From Cycas panzhihuaensis (taxonomy: Eukaryota; Plantae; Cycadophyta): 64,000 bases of DNA. The position numbers and the translations under genes were made by a program. Of this stretch, positions 11,870 through 25,687 are shown one piece after another (positions within the stretch are counted from its first letter, which is position 1; each line of letters starts with the position of its first letter). Location: positions 130,889,741 through 130,953,740 of the forward strand of contig CM041465.1 in assembly GCA_023213395.1 (NCBI GenBank). The letters run 5' to 3'. A model generated the notes under the pieces. The model made no database searches and was not told the origin of the DNA. It saw only the letters and a program-made list of their open reading frames with translations.

Positions 11870-14800
11870 TTTACAATGTTAAGTTGGACCCCTAGACCAT
11901 CTCTAAATTTTACATATTTTTCTCTACCCAGTGGTTTGGTAAAAGATATCTACTGTCTGTTGCTTTGTAGGTCTATACTGAAGGTTGATCTCACCGCTCA
12001 TCACATGTTCTTTGATGAAGTGATGATGAACCTCAATATGTTTGGTCCCTGCATGGAAAACATGATTCTTGGCCAACTTGAGCACACTTTGATTGTCGCA
12101 ATATATCCTGGTGGGGTGATCCTGTTCAAGTCCAAGCTCCCCAAGAATCTGTCGTAGCCAGATAGCTTCACAAGCTGCGTTGACAGCAACTTCAGTGGAG
12201 GACAAGGTAACATTGGGTTGCTTCTTGCAACTCCACGAAACAACTGCTGAACCAAGGGTAAAACAGTAACCCAACGTTGATCTCTTGCTATCCTGGCAAC
12301 CTACCAAATCAGATCTTGAGAACCCTTCGAGAGTGAAGTTCTCATCATGTGCATACTCAAGGCCATGCTGTATTGTGCCTTTGATGTATTTGAGTATGTG
12401 TTTAGCTGCATTCCAATGCTTCTGATTGAGTTGAGACATGTATCTGGGGCAAATCCCAACTGCAAATGAGATATCAGGGCGAGTGTTGGTGAGATAGATG
12501 AGACTTCCAATCAACTGCCGATAAAGAGTGGGATTTGCTGGTTCACCTTTCTCATTGAGAGTAACCTTTATGCCATTCTCCATAGGTGTAGGCGCTAGTT
12601 TGCAGTCATGTATCCTGAACCATTGCAAAATGTCCCAGGAATATTTGGCTTGGGAAATGAAGATATAGCCTAGTTGTTGCCATACCTCAAAGCCTAAGAA
12701 ATAATGGAGAAGTCCAAGATTTGTCATCTCGAAACTCCTCTTCAAGTCATCTTGGAGAATCTATACCATCTTAGTGTCATTGCTAGTGATCACTAAGTGA
12801 TCTACATACAAGACAATGAAAATGGCATGGTCTTTCCCAACTTTGATGTACAAGTTAGGATCTGAAGTGGATCGACGATACCCATGTCTCAAAAAGTAAT
12901 CATCAATCTTTGAGCACCATGCTCTTGGAGTTTGTTTCAAACCATACAATGCCTTTTTTAGGCGACAAACCAAGTGCTCCTTGCCTTGTACTTTGTAACC
13001 AAGAGGTTGCTCCAAGTATACCTCCTCTTGAAGATTGCCATTGAAAAAGGCGCTCTTCACGTCCATCTAAAAAACCGGCTATTTGCATTGAGCTGCTAAT
13101 GCCAAGATGAGTCTGATGGTGTTCATGTTGGCGACAGGTGAAAAAGTCTCCTCATAATCTATGCCTTCCTTTTGTTTGAAGCCTATTGAACAAGGCGGGC
13201 CTTCTGGCGCTTAAGTGAACCATCATGATGCAATTTGGTCTTGTAGACCCATTTGCAACTGATTGCCTATTTGTGTTTAGTCAATTCAACCAAATCCCAA
13301 GTTCCATTCTTTTCAATAGAATGGATTTCTTCATCCATGGCAGCCTTCCAATTTTCATCTTTAGAAGCCTCCTCAAAAGTGGAAGGCTCATTAACACAAA
13401 GCACTTTAGCCCTAAGTGCAAAATTGGTTTGTTGCCTGTATCCTGATAGACATTTTCCTTCAATAATCTAGTCGTCTTGCACTGTTTGAGTATACCATTT
13501 AGGCAACTTTTTGATTGATATAACTTGAATCTCAAGATCTTCTAGTCTAAGTGGTTGATCAACAGAAGATGTACTAGGATCAAGCAGAGCTGATTCTGAT
13601 GGTGTGGATGGTCCAACATGTGCGAATGATGTGCATGGAGTTGAAGATTGAAAGGGAAGGAAGGCCTCAACAATCTTTTTGCCTTTGTTGATAGGAGGTT
13701 GGATGGATGTTGAATCCAATTCCTTGTGACCTTCTTTAGCAAAGATTGCAGTTCTTGAGAGATGCATTTTCTTTCCAATGGGATCATACAACTTGTAGGC
13801 CTTGCTATGAATGGCATAACCCACAAAGATGCATTCTAGACTATGCTTGTCTAATTTAGTTCTTTGCTGATCGGGGATGTGCATATAAGTAGTGCACTTA
13901 AAAGTCCTCAAATGGCTGACAGTTGGCTTTTTGCCAGACCATGCCTCCTCTGGTGTGATGTCGGTGACTGCTGATGTTGGACTTCGATTTACCACATAGG
14001 CACCTGTGTGGCCCAATAAGCTCGAGTGAGTCCCTTTGCATGCATCATTGCTTTGGCTTTGTTAGCCAAAGTTCTATTCATCCTTTCAGAGACTCCATTT
14101 TGTTGAGGAGTGTGAGGAATGGTAAGCTGTCTTCTAATGCCATTATCCTTGCAGAATTGGGTGAATTCTTTTGAAGTGAATTCACCTCCATTGTCTGTCC
14201 TTAGTATTTTGATTGATTGGGCAGACTCGTTCTCCACTTCAAGCTTGAATTCGTTAAACTTTTGAAATGCTTCAGATTTATGTTTGATGAAGTAAACCCA
14301 AACTTTATGGGAGAAATCATCAATGAAGGAGATGTAATACAAAGCTCCTCTAAAGGATGCGGTGGACATAGGTTCACAAAAATTTGAGTGTATCAACTGC
14401 AAAGGATATGATGCACGCTAAGCTTTGCCTTTAGGGAAAGGCAAGCGATGTTGTGTCCCCATTATGCATGCTTCACAGAGACATTTTAAGCCATATATCT
14501 TTAGAAGCCCATGCACCATATATTTGTTCACCATCTCCTTGAGATTGTCCAAGCTCAAGTGGCCTAGACATTGATGCCAAAGTTGCATCTTGGACAAAGA
14601 TTTAATGACAATGGAACCATAGTAAGTAGAATCAAGTATTATGTTATTAGCATCCAATTTGTAGAGGTTATGATCCTCACATCCAATAGCCACTACCTGG
14701 TCATTTTTATCACTTATTAGACATTTTCCATTATTGAACAAAATGCTCATCTGTTGCTTGTCTAATTTGCTAACAGATGGCAAGCTCTTCTCCATGGAAG

Positions 14801-16010
14801 GTATGAAATAGGCATTGCCATTGGGAAATGTGGAGGAAGGATTGGAAGGAGAATGGAATGGGGCAATTGTGCCTATGCCAGAGATCTTGATTGATTCATT
14901 GTTGTCGAAGGTCACTGATTGACCTTTTCCTTCCTTGATGTCGCAAATGAGTTCTTCACTCCCAGTCATGTGTTGAGTAGCTCCAGAGTCAATGATCCAA
15001 GTTTGATCAACCTTGGATGTCTGATAAGCACAAAACAATTTGTCCTCATCTGCAAACTGATTGAAGTGGCGTTGGTTGCTACCTCTAACCCCCCCCCCCC
15101 CCTTCCTCTTTGACCTCCTCGATAGGCACCTCGATTTGGTCGAGGGAGTTGTTGCTGCTGTTGATGCTGAAACCGCTACTGTTAGAATTGTTGTCATGGT
15201 TCTTTATTCTTTCTTTGTCATTATGTCTTTGAAGATCTGTTTGTTTCTTTCTACAATCAGGGGCTATGTGGCTAACTTTGCCACAATAATAATAGACAAC
15301 ATTGGTCTTTGAGGAACCAATGTTCATGTTCCTAAACTACTTTGAAAGTGCAAGTTTGGGATTTTGCTTGGCCTTAGATTTGGCCATGAATGCCCCTGAA
15401 GTGGATGGTTCGTGATCATCGTCTTTGATGTAAATCTGCTCCTTTTGAAGCAACAAGTTTTCAAGCTCATTAAAAGACATTCTTTTGAGTGAACCATCTT
15501 GAGTAGTGGAAGAAATAAAACCATTGTAGTCCTTAGGCAATGCTTTGGCAATTGTAGTTATAAGCTCATCTCTGGAAGCAGGACTACCCAATGTATACAA
15601 TTCAGTACATACCTCTTTGATGGAGGAAAGAAAAGTTGACATAGGTTTGACAAATTTTACAGAATACAGCTTGGCTTTTACCATTAAAATGCAAGCTTAA
15701 TCTCGCCTTTCATACAAGGATGACAAAATGTCCCATGCTTCCTTAGAAGTCTTTGCACACACAATATTCTGGTCAACATGAACATCAATAATCATATGTA
15801 AGAATGCCAAAGCAATTTTATCTTTGGCTTCCCAAGCAGCAACACAAGTAGCGTCAGGATGAACAATTACACCATCATTTACAACAGGTACAGGTCGAGG
15901 TATTCTTCCAGAAACATAACCCTAAAATTCGTTCATTATCAAGAGATTTTGAGTGATCCTTTTCTATTCTTAATAGTTGTCTTGTCCTGTTAATTTGATG
16001 GTACATGCAT
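11870..16010 (-). pseudogene. Disrupted Copia gag-pol of D
   Basis: WIIDSGATQHMT, FIDDFSHKVWVY/RTDNGGEF/PQQNGVSER, YGLKQTPRAW, YVDH and HAGTKHIEVHHHF motifs; several frameshifts and stops. Confidence 0.93.
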
Positions 16011-18477
16011 TTAGCTTTTTAATTGCACCCATGTTGAAGTTGTAAGGCTTGAAGCTAGCAGATAACTTGGAAATTCAAAGATTTCGTCGTTTAAGTTCCA
16101 CTTTCTAACGAAACCAACAGTTCTGATTTTACTAAAAGATCCAACAACTGAATGGTGTGATGAGGGGTGGAGGACTAGGCTAAAGAGTTGGTTCAACCCT
16201 GATCTATAGAGGAGATCCAACAGTTGGCCAAGTTAAATCTAGGATAAGGCAGGTAGGGTTGATCTGCATGGACGTACCATGCTTTCCCTAGGATTCACAA
16301 CCCCAATAACACCCTTTTCGAACCTCCTTTCCCTCAGGCAACCTTAATTGTCATGCACTGACCGTATGGTCGGTTGGTTCCCTAGGGAATGCACCAAGCT
16401 TAGGTTATTTCAGAGGCAAGGTTTGAACCTTTTTTGGGCCTCTCATACTTGATTTTAAAGTTCACTTTTTAGAAGGTTGAAGTGGACTTTAGAGTAGATT
16501 TTACTTGGATGATGTGGATGCTTGATTAATGTTTACAAAAAAAGAGCTTCAAAGAGAAGCAACCAAGTACATCACAATGAACACTTTGAGTGTTTTTACA
16601 AGAGCACTTTATGGTGTGAAGTAGTGCTATTGGATCCAAGTAAAAGAGTGTTTTGAGTACAATGTGAAAATGTATGCACTTTGAAGAAGGTGCTAAGTGC
16701 TTCAAATGAAAATGAGCAAAGCCTTTGTGTTGTAAATACAAGTGGGTTCGTTTTAATACTTGGAGAAAAGAAAGGAAGATCACTTGCAAACTGAAGATGC
16801 CAAGCACCAAGTGTTGGGACTTTATAATAGTTCCAACGATCAACAAAAATGAGTGATTTTATTAAGTAACAAGTCTCCTTGAGCCCTTTTTGAGACTAAG
16901 GGAAGTAGGTCACCATGCAAGGTGCCTTAAAAAAGGTGTTGATATAGTGATAAGGACCACTTTAACAAGGTTACAACACTTAAAAATCACTCCTTTCAAT
17001 GCCTTTTAACGCTTGCAAACATGAAATAATTGTTAAATAAGCTGAAAAATGGCAGAAAACAAAGGCTGAAATTTAACCCTTTTTGCAACTTTGAGCAACA
17101 AGAACACGATGCAGGGAGCCTTGATTGAGGACTTTAATCAAGTAATTTTAATCTCCAAAGATGGGTAAATGATTTAGCATTAGTGATTTGATGAGATCAC
17201 TAAGTACAATGAAGATTTTTAACCCGAAAAAATGAAAAAAGGTTGATTTTTTCCTTAAGAGAATTAAGCCAAAAAGTTTTAAATGACTAAAAGAAGGCTT
17301 AAAAATGGGAAAAAATATTACTTTTTAATGAGAGAAATCACTAAAGGAACCTTGATTAAGTCTTTTTGACTTAATGTGAAGTCACCATGAACAGAAATTG
17401 AAAAAAACACTAAAAATGTCTTAAAACTGACTTAAAAAAAGTGATTTTAAAGTGACTTAGGATAAATGAACTTTATCAAAAAGTGAATATTCTTAAAAAC
17501 ATGACATAAAGTTTGTTTTATAAAGTGTAAACTTCAAATATTAAAAAAATTGGATTTTTTTTGGACGACGACGTGACTCGGGCAGCTCCTGTGATCACGC
17601 AGATGATGAGAACTCTGTGGATCTTCAGCGGATCGGGCCGAAAACTGGAGAGCAGGGTGGCCCACCCTTGACGAAGATTCAGCTCTGATTTGAGCTCCTT
17701 TAACAGCCCGTGGAAAGAGAACAAGTTAGTTGGGACTTTGGCTGCGCGCAAAAGGGATAGATTGGAACGTCTGTCGTGCAAGGTGAGGGTGATGTTCGGT
17801 CACTATATGAACTCTGTGGGACCCGCAAGGTGAGGAGATGTCCTTCCAGAAGTCGCAGAACGTAGTACTCACTCTTCACAAGTGATTTGGAGCTCTTTCT
17901 GGGGTTTGAGAAGGCCACCCTGTAGAGTGAAGTCCCTCAACAATTTTCAGAGGCTGAAAGCCTCCTGAATATGTTCACAGAGCCTGCAACAAGGGTTAGA
18001 CAGGGGGCAGCAAGGGGAAGCGACTGATTTTATTCAAAGAAATTTACTTTGTCAGTAAAAAATGACCCAAAAATAGTGAAAAAACTAGTGCAGCTTAAGT
18101 GCAGTGACTGAAATCTGCTTTTCAGTCAGAAAGAACACATAAAACTTTGTGAAATCCGCCTTGTATTACAAAGGATTGATATATATTTTTTCTTTTGAAA
18201 AAAAAAAAGGATTTATAAAAGTCAGTGTTTTGAAGAAACAGTGAGTGGTGCACCCCAGATAAGGTTTGAAAAAATTCAGATCTCAAAGTATACCTCCTCC
18301 AGCCTTTAACACTGCTCTAAGAAGCTTGATTTGCAATTGTAGGTCTAAAACATACCTTGGATTACCTTTGGAGAGTGAAGGTCGTCACCAAGGAGTAGTA
18401 GAACCTACCTTGAATCTCCCTTAAGTAAGACAAAATCAGAACATAGGGAACTAGTCTCCTTTAGCTCTAATACCAGA

Positions 18478-19014
18478 TGTGGAAATGGCCAAAAAGGCCT
18501 TTGAAACTCAAGATCTAGGAGATATATTCACTCTAGTTCTAGAAAGGAAATAATCTAGACTAAAAAGGAAAATATAACAAGATCAAAGCATGAAGAGAAA
18601 GAGCAAAATGATACCAAATGTGAGGAGTTGGAATTGGTCCAACCTCCAAATGAATAGCAGTTTAATTAGCAAACTGGCAGCATAACAATACAACTCCAAC
18701 TCTATACGAGAACAATGAGAAGAGGTCTCAATATATAGAGTGACAGGAGAGACCTAAGGCATTGGATGTTTGACAAGTGTCAAACATCCAAGGTACATGC
18801 TTTGCATGTAGGACATGTGTCCTTTTGGGCTCTCAAGTGAACAAAAGTGCATTGGGGTCCATTTGACCCTTAAGTGACAATGTTGTGTCACTAGGAAAGA
18901 ATGTGGGTGTGCACTTTATCACTTAAGTGATAAGTCACCCCTAAAGTACAAAAGTACAAATAATACATGAAAGATAAAGTACATAGGTTTAACATGTAAA
19001 CATAAGGTTTAATA
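18478..19014 (-). repeat. 5' LTR of D (537 bp)
   Basis: Matches 10950-11856 apart from the triplication and small indels; adjacent to the PBS. Confidence 0.93.
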
Positions 19015-19142
19015 TCGTGATGGCCAATGGTAATTAAGCTTTCGACAGCAAGGGGACCTTCCAATGTGACAAAAGAGGCCTTCAAAGGTCGGAGAGCCAC
19101 CAAAAAGAACTTCACCTAACGGATTAGTGGAATCAAGCAGAC

Positions 19143-19549
19143 AATGGGGTTTAAGACGGTTAAATGAAGCCAAATTAAGAAGTGCTAGGAGGTTAAGCCT
19201 CACTAAGAGCAATGAGACTAAGGGATAGTCCATTGAGGGATTTGAGGCAAGTGGAGCCCAGACACCCCAAGAACAAGAAATCGAAAAATATGGAGAACAA
19301 ATGGTACTAATACCTGCCCCAATTGTATATGATATTATTAGCCTGGTAATGGGGTTTAAGATGGTTAAAGGAAGCCAAATTAAGAAGCGCTAGGAGGTTA
19401 AGCCTCATTAAGAGCAATGAGACTAAGGGACAATCCATTGAGGGATTTGAGGCAAGTGGAGCCTAGACACCCCAAGAACAAGAAATCGAAAAATATGGAG
19501 AACAAATGGTACTAATACCTGCCCCAATTGAATATGATATTATTAGCCT
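19143..19549 (+). repeat. 205-bp tandem duplication in the upstream gag region of E
   Basis: AATGGGGTTTAAGA...TATTATTAGCCT starts at 19143 and 19348; the copies are near-identical. Confidence 0.9.
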
Positions 19550-20009
19550 AGAGAAAGAGGAAATTTTGAAGGAAGAAAATTAGGAACAAAATAATATTTT
19601 GGAAAACGAAGATGGAACCTTAGGGAAGGTGGAAGAAACAAGTGTGGAATATACTCCAAAGTGCCTAAGTGATCACAAGGAAAAGGCAGTGGAAGGTCCC
19701 TCAGCATATTGGAAAAATAAATTAACAAGATAGGTGTTTGATGATTCGTTAGACAAGGGATTTGAGCAATTGTATTTAATAGTGGAACCATTGACAATCT
19801 AGGTACTGGGAATGATTGAGCCCATTCATTTGAAAACACCTTTTCAAAACCCCCTATTTGGAAGGGATAGTGCCGGGGAAGGATAACGGGAACGCCACCC
19901 AAACCCATAATTGTGGAGAAAGTGGAGTTATCTCCAAACAAAGCAACCACATTCTCAGGAGGAAATTCACCATCATTGGGGGCCACACCATTGAACTCAC
20001 CAAGGATGG

Positions 20010-22039
20010 ATGACACAACGAGAGTTTAGAAAGTTGATCTTCAGTGATATGTCTAATGTTGCGGAGCATGTGTATCTCTTTCAAAATTTGATAGGCATAA
20101 AGAAAATTAGTGATGAACAAGAAATAAAAGTAAGGTTTGCATGTACCTTAAGAGGAGTACCATTGACATGGTACAAAGAATTAGACAAAACAAAATCATG
20201 GAGAAATGTGAAGAAATTGTTTGAGGAGAGATTTCATAAATTTCACAGCAATGAGGATGTTGAAATTGTATTGAAGGAGATCAAGCAAAGACCCAATGAA
20301 TCAATGTTAACTTACATTAGTTGTATGAAAATAATTGCGGCTAGTATGACCAATGAAACATTGGCAGACCACAATACGAAAAATTACTTTGTGAGAGGTT
20401 TGAATGAGAAACTAAGATCTATGATGCATGCGTACCCTTTGAAGTCCTTAAAAAATTTCCAAGAGCTAGCTTTGGATTTTGAGGCAGAGATGGATGCCTA
20501 AGCATGAGGGCATGACGCATTGCTTCTTAAATTACAAGAGGAGCTAAGAGAATTGAAACAAAACTAGTGTAATAAACCTGTCTACTAGGTAGACAAAATG
20601 GAAAATGAATCAGAAATCAAGATTTTGAGAAGAGAAGTGGCACAGTTGAAAATAAAAAACAAAGAAGAAGAGAGCAAAAAGAAGAAAGGGAAGGAGTTCA
20701 ACATAGAAAAATGGTGCTACATTTGTGAAGAGGACTCACATTCTACAAAGGCATGTGAGTTGAACCTCAAAAACAATGCAACGAGAAAACAAGACAAAGG
20801 GAGTCACATTTGTGATATAGACAACCACAACACTAAAGATTACTATTTTAACCCAAGGGGAAGAAGCTACAGAGGCCGAGGAAGAGGAAGGGGAATTGAC
20901 CCAACAAGACACCTGTATGCTACTAGAAGCACATTGGAAGCATCAAAAAAGAAACCACCAATAGGAAGATGTTTGATGTGCCTAGAGTTTGGCCATTGGA
21001 AATTAGAATGCCCAATAGCTATGGCACGCAAACAATCTCCATTTGTGTGTAAAGACTATGGTCTTGGAGACCACAAGATAGAAAATTGTAAAGGGAAAGT
21101 AAAAATGACCAATTTAATGACCAGAGTCCTCGAAACAAGTAAAAATGCTAAACTACAAATTAAAAGCAAACAAAAGGGGAAGGAAAAATTGACAGATGAT
21201 TAGCCGAATCCAAAAGTGGAAATGAATCGTTTTGAATTAGCTAAGAAGACCTTGGAGGAAGTTGCTCGGAAAGAAGCAAAAAATTCATTACCTATGGTGA
21301 AACCCAAAACTAAGTACGCCTATGTAAGAGAGAATAAACCCAAGAAGAAAGGACCCACTGTCCAGGACACACAACCACAACCTCAACTAGTGTAGGTGGA
21401 GGAATTGTTCAAAGGGTTATTAGTAGAAGATATACCACGAATGCTGCTATTAATGGAAAATTCAATGAAGCAGTCGCAATTGATCATTCCACTGGAACAT
21501 ATCATTGAATGGATAAAATTGGGTACCTTATTTCGACCTTGATCCCACAATTACCATTACAGTTTTGGGTGAAATATTCAATGGTGTGATTATTGATGGG
21601 GTTGCAACAATGAATGTGTTACCCATGACAACATGGAAGAAATTAGGAAACCCAAAGTTGGAAGCTGCAATATATTTGTTGAAATTGGCTAACGAATTCT
21701 TGGTTAAACCAGTGGGCAAATTAATGAATGTGAAGGTGGACGTAGCAGGTATTGTGGTGTCAGTAGATTTCACCATAGTGGGCACAATGAAAGGGATGGT
21801 GCCCTATCCAACACTACTAGGCCATCCATGGTTATATAAAACAAAGTGCCTTTAAAGTTGGAAGGATGTCACCTTTACATTGTCAGATGGAGGAAGTGAA
21901 ATGATACTTCCAATGTTGGAAAAAGGAAAATATTCAATCAAGATGGTCCCAAACGATGCCTCGAACGTGACAGTCACTAGTGATGAGGCATCGTCGACAT
22001 TTGAAGAAACAAACTTGTATCAAACAACAAAGGAAGTAA
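20010..22039 (+). pseudogene. Gypsy gag and aspartic protease remnants of E
   Basis: LRGVPLTWY, KQRPNESM, CYICEEDSHSTKAC, CLMCLEFGHWKLEC, IIDG and LLGHPWL motifs. Confidence 0.85.
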
Positions 22040-22650
22040 AGATAGTCGTAGATCAACCTCAGGCTATTGTTTTAACTTGGGTTCTGCTTCAGTTTCGTGG
22101 TCCAGTAAAAAGCAGCTTAATGTCACACTATGTTTAACTGAAGTTGAGTATAAAGTCGTCGTTAGTGCAACTGCTAAGCCTATTTGGCTTAGGAGGATTC
22201 TTGAAGAATTTGGACTTAGTCAAACACAAGCTACATTTCTGTTTTGTGACAATCAAAGTGTTCTCAAACTAACCAAGAATCTTGTGTTCCGTGTTAGAAC
22301 CAAACACATTGAGGTTCACAATCACTTCATTAGGGAATATGTACAGGATGGTGAGATAGATTTGATCTACAAGCCTACTGAAGAATAGATTGCAGATATC
22401 TTCATAAAAGCATTATCTCGCAATAAATTTGAAAGATTTCAGCTTGGCCCCGGTGTTCGAATTAATGAACGCATCATTAAGGGAGGGTGATAGAAGAATT
22501 AATGATTTTTTCATTATTTTATTATCATATGATGTACTTTGATTTTTATGAGTTAATGAAGCATTACTTTGGAGCATTTTGTGATTAATTCTTGTGCCTA
22601 ATTTTTGTTGAGTGTGTGAATGTCTTGAACTTGGGTTGTGAACTAGGCAA
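22040..22650 (+). mobile_element. Copia 3' fragment J (RNase H, PPT, start of LTR) fused to the Gypsy protease of E
   Basis: DSRRSTSGYCFNLGSASVSWSSKKQ...RTKHIEVHNHFIRE. PPT CATTAAGGGAGGG at 22475-22487, then TG. Right edge approximate. Confidence 0.85.
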
Positions 22651-23166
22651 ACCTCCATCCTCTTTCAAAAACGACTATAACTCAAATATGATATGTAAGC
22701 AAAATCACAAGAGATTTTATTGAATATGAAACCAACATAAAGAAGATCAAAATTGTGTGAAAAAAATGCTTTTTCCAGTAATCGTTCCTAAGGAATACAT
22801 TATGCATTCCAAATGGGAATGTTGAGGGGAATGTATCGGCCAAAAATCATGAAAGTTTAAATTTTAACATTGTGTTCTACTGTGTATCCTTGTAGGGAAC
22901 ACAATCGAGAATGCAAGTGGTTTTTATAGGGAAACTGAACCTTGTTTTTCTCATTTCAGCGAGGAGGAATTCTAGGGCACCTAACGAAGTGATAGGACAA
23001 AGATAGTACAAATATCAACAAGCATGGTATGAGAAATTAGAGTCGTTCTAGAATTGTTCCTCACAAAAACGTCTCTGCGAATGCATGGCAGGTTATCATT
23101 CTAGAACCCCAAAATCCTCGCATTTCTTGTCATTTTTGTTAGATTTAGTTAATATGTTTTCCATTG

Positions 23167-24300
23167 GATCCACGTGGAGTACATGATGAAGCTAGTAGGA
23201 TGTTAGGAGATTTGTTTGCCCAAGTTAAGAGGAGAATTTAAGGCATTACTGACAACCTTTGAAGCTTGTGTGAAACAAGTAGGTTGGGGAGAATATATTT
23301 GCATAATACCATTGTACTGGGATCCTAAAATCATGGAGCAAATTTTGATGACATTGAGGAAAAATATAGTTTGTATTCAATTGAATGCCGTTGTGGTCAA
23401 CACTTCGACGAGACTTCCCATGAGGGAGAAATTCCTGTAGCCATTAAACATTAAAAAGTAGATCATGAAACTTGGGCAAGGGAAATGTGTGTAGAGAACA
23501 CACAAATTTTCTTGAAGGCATTCAAGTTGTAGATATTAAGGATAACAAATTGTAGGGGGTGGCAAAGGTCATTGTCATGAGATTCTTATCAAAACAAAAA
23601 CACATACATTTTGAGCAAGATGTTGCTAATGCTAGTTCATATTTGTGATTGGGAAAAGCTTAATTGGTGGGAATTCTTGGGGTCTAATATGAGGGAACAA
23701 TTTTAGGAGGTGTAAATTCACTCCTTTAGTCATCCATCATTGTTGCTAGCTATCCTATTGTATCAATATCCAAGAGTTCGACCACGTCAAGTGGCCATGT
23801 GACAAGGGGAGTTGTTAATAAAGCAATGGGTCAATGCATTTTTGGTGAATACATAAAATTTGGAAGCCAAAAGGCAGGTAAAAAGGGCTATGTTGAGGAT
23901 TGTGAAGTGGCTACGAAAAACACTTGGTAACCCCATTCAAGATAGATTCAATCAAACAATCAAATAAAGTACAAAACAATGGTAAGAGGAGTCATAGGTT
24001 GAATTTGAGCCCTTGTTGTAAGAACAGGAAGTAACAAAAGAGTAAATCCCACATACCATTGAACCAACGGAAGGGTCTTACCAACAATAAATTCCCTTGG
24101 AGGACAAGGGAAAATAAATAATGTAGTTAGTGGAAGAATTGGATGAAGGATGCAAAGTGGAAATTGTAGCTTTACAAGAACAATTGAAGGAGAAGGATGC
24201 TATTATTGCCATCCCAATCTAAATTAATGAAGATTTATTGAAGGCAAGCAAAACCAATGGAGGCCTGAGACTGGGACTGTAGGAGTAGGCCTAGTTGTAG
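23167..24300 (+). pseudogene. Decayed accessory 3' ORF of a Gypsy element, apparently homologous in type to 51833-53664
   Basis: Fragments YWDPKIMEQIL and KLNWWEFLGSNMREQF plus a coiled-coil-like tail (EIVALQEQLKEKDA), lying upstream of LTR-like sequence. Confidence 0.45.
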
Positions 24301-25687
24301 AGCAGGGGAGGAAGGAAAATACAAAAGTTTTGAATAAGAACACCCAAATTTTGAAATTTTGTGAGCAAGGATGCTCAAGCACTTTTTGTTGACCCAAGTT
24401 CACACATGCCTGGGATAGTGGAAAACATGCTAACTTGTGTCTACTAGGATGGGTTAATGTAGGAGAGGGTCCAACACGTGCTAGTACAAATGAACATATG
24501 CCAAAATGGACAAAATTTGCTAGAAAAATGCTCTCGGGGAACACAATACATGGTGTGTTTCAAACAAGAATGCATGACAAGCAGAAGTGCATCAGGAACA
24601 CATTGTGGAACATGTGGAGTACATGTGGTAGATGAAAAAACTCGTTCTAGATTTATGACATCAATACCATGTGTGAATGTAAGGATGTACAACCTTAACG
24701 ATTAAGTGTAACCATTAATTAGATGTAATGATGAAGAGGTGCTATGTTATGAAAGGAAACAATTGTGATTATAAGTCACAACTGTTCCTCTCAAAGGGGA
24801 TGTAATTGTGTATTTATGGGTCATTTTTCCACTTTGTTGGTGTAAGAGTTAGGTTGAGGAGTCTTGCGACGTGTTCTCAAAGGTGAGAGCCAAGTCATTT
24901 GATTTGATGCCATACTTTGAAGGGTCAGAACCAAGAGTAATGATCTTTAGTGATGCAAGAAACTATTGTACTGTGTTATTGTTTAATGAAAGTAGAGTTA
25001 CAAGGAAATATTGTGGCATATGTGAATATATTGCTTGATGTTATGATAATGATGTAATGTTGTCATAATATTATGATGATGATGATGTTATGCTATTGAA
25101 ATGATGCTTGTGGTTTTATGAAGGATGAGTACGTATGTGGATAGTGGTATGAATGTGTAGTCAACATGTTAAGAATTTCCCTATGTAGACTACACAAAAG
25201 TGAGTTTTTGACATAAGTGCTTAGTGGGATTGAAACGTAGTCAACGAGTTTGAAGCTCCATTTTAAAAATTAAACAACAGTTGGTTTTGGTGTTGGTTCG
25301 TAAACCCTCCACAATTGATGAATACAAGATGTGTTTGAAGGTGAAGATCATATCAAGGTTCAAACATGAAGCAAGTTTGAAGCATGAGGGTCGAACAATA
25401 AGCAACCATTGAATGTAAGGGCATAAGGTTTTGTGGGTTTTATGTGAGATGTAGGGACGTTTTTCATGTGAAGTTTGTGGTTTGTGGAATGTCAAAGCTA
25501 TTTGAATCTTTGTTGAACGCCATTTAATTGAATGATAGTAGATGTTTGTATAATCGAATGTTTGAATAAATGCTAGAGAGGGAGAGAAATGGGAGGTTAA
25601 AGCTTGTAGTTTTCGATGAGGAAAGATGCCAAACGGGAAGTTTGAACCCTGTAAAGTTCGAATGAACATGTAAGCTTGAATGTCGAC

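Larger units (their letters stand above)
10950..19014 (-). mobile_element. Full-length decayed Ty1/Copia element D
   Basis: TSD TCGTG at 10945-10949 and 19015-19019. LTRs 10950-11856 and 18478-19014. Met PBS TGGTATTAGAGC at 18464-18475 and PPT from 11857. Order gag-PR-IN-RT-RH. Confidence 0.95.
9900..25245 (+). mobile_element. Decayed Gypsy element E (Athila-like), interrupted by Copia D, with RT-RH-IN missing
   Basis: An LTR end AAGTCAACA at 10852 is followed by a degenerate tRNA-Asp PBS (TGGTTTCGTTGCC). Gag lies at 20010-21203 with CCHC motifs, and protease IIDGVATMNV at 21565-21855. A related LTR-like end AGTCAAC is at 25245. The left boundary and the pairing of the two LTRs are uncertain. 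Confidence 0.6.
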
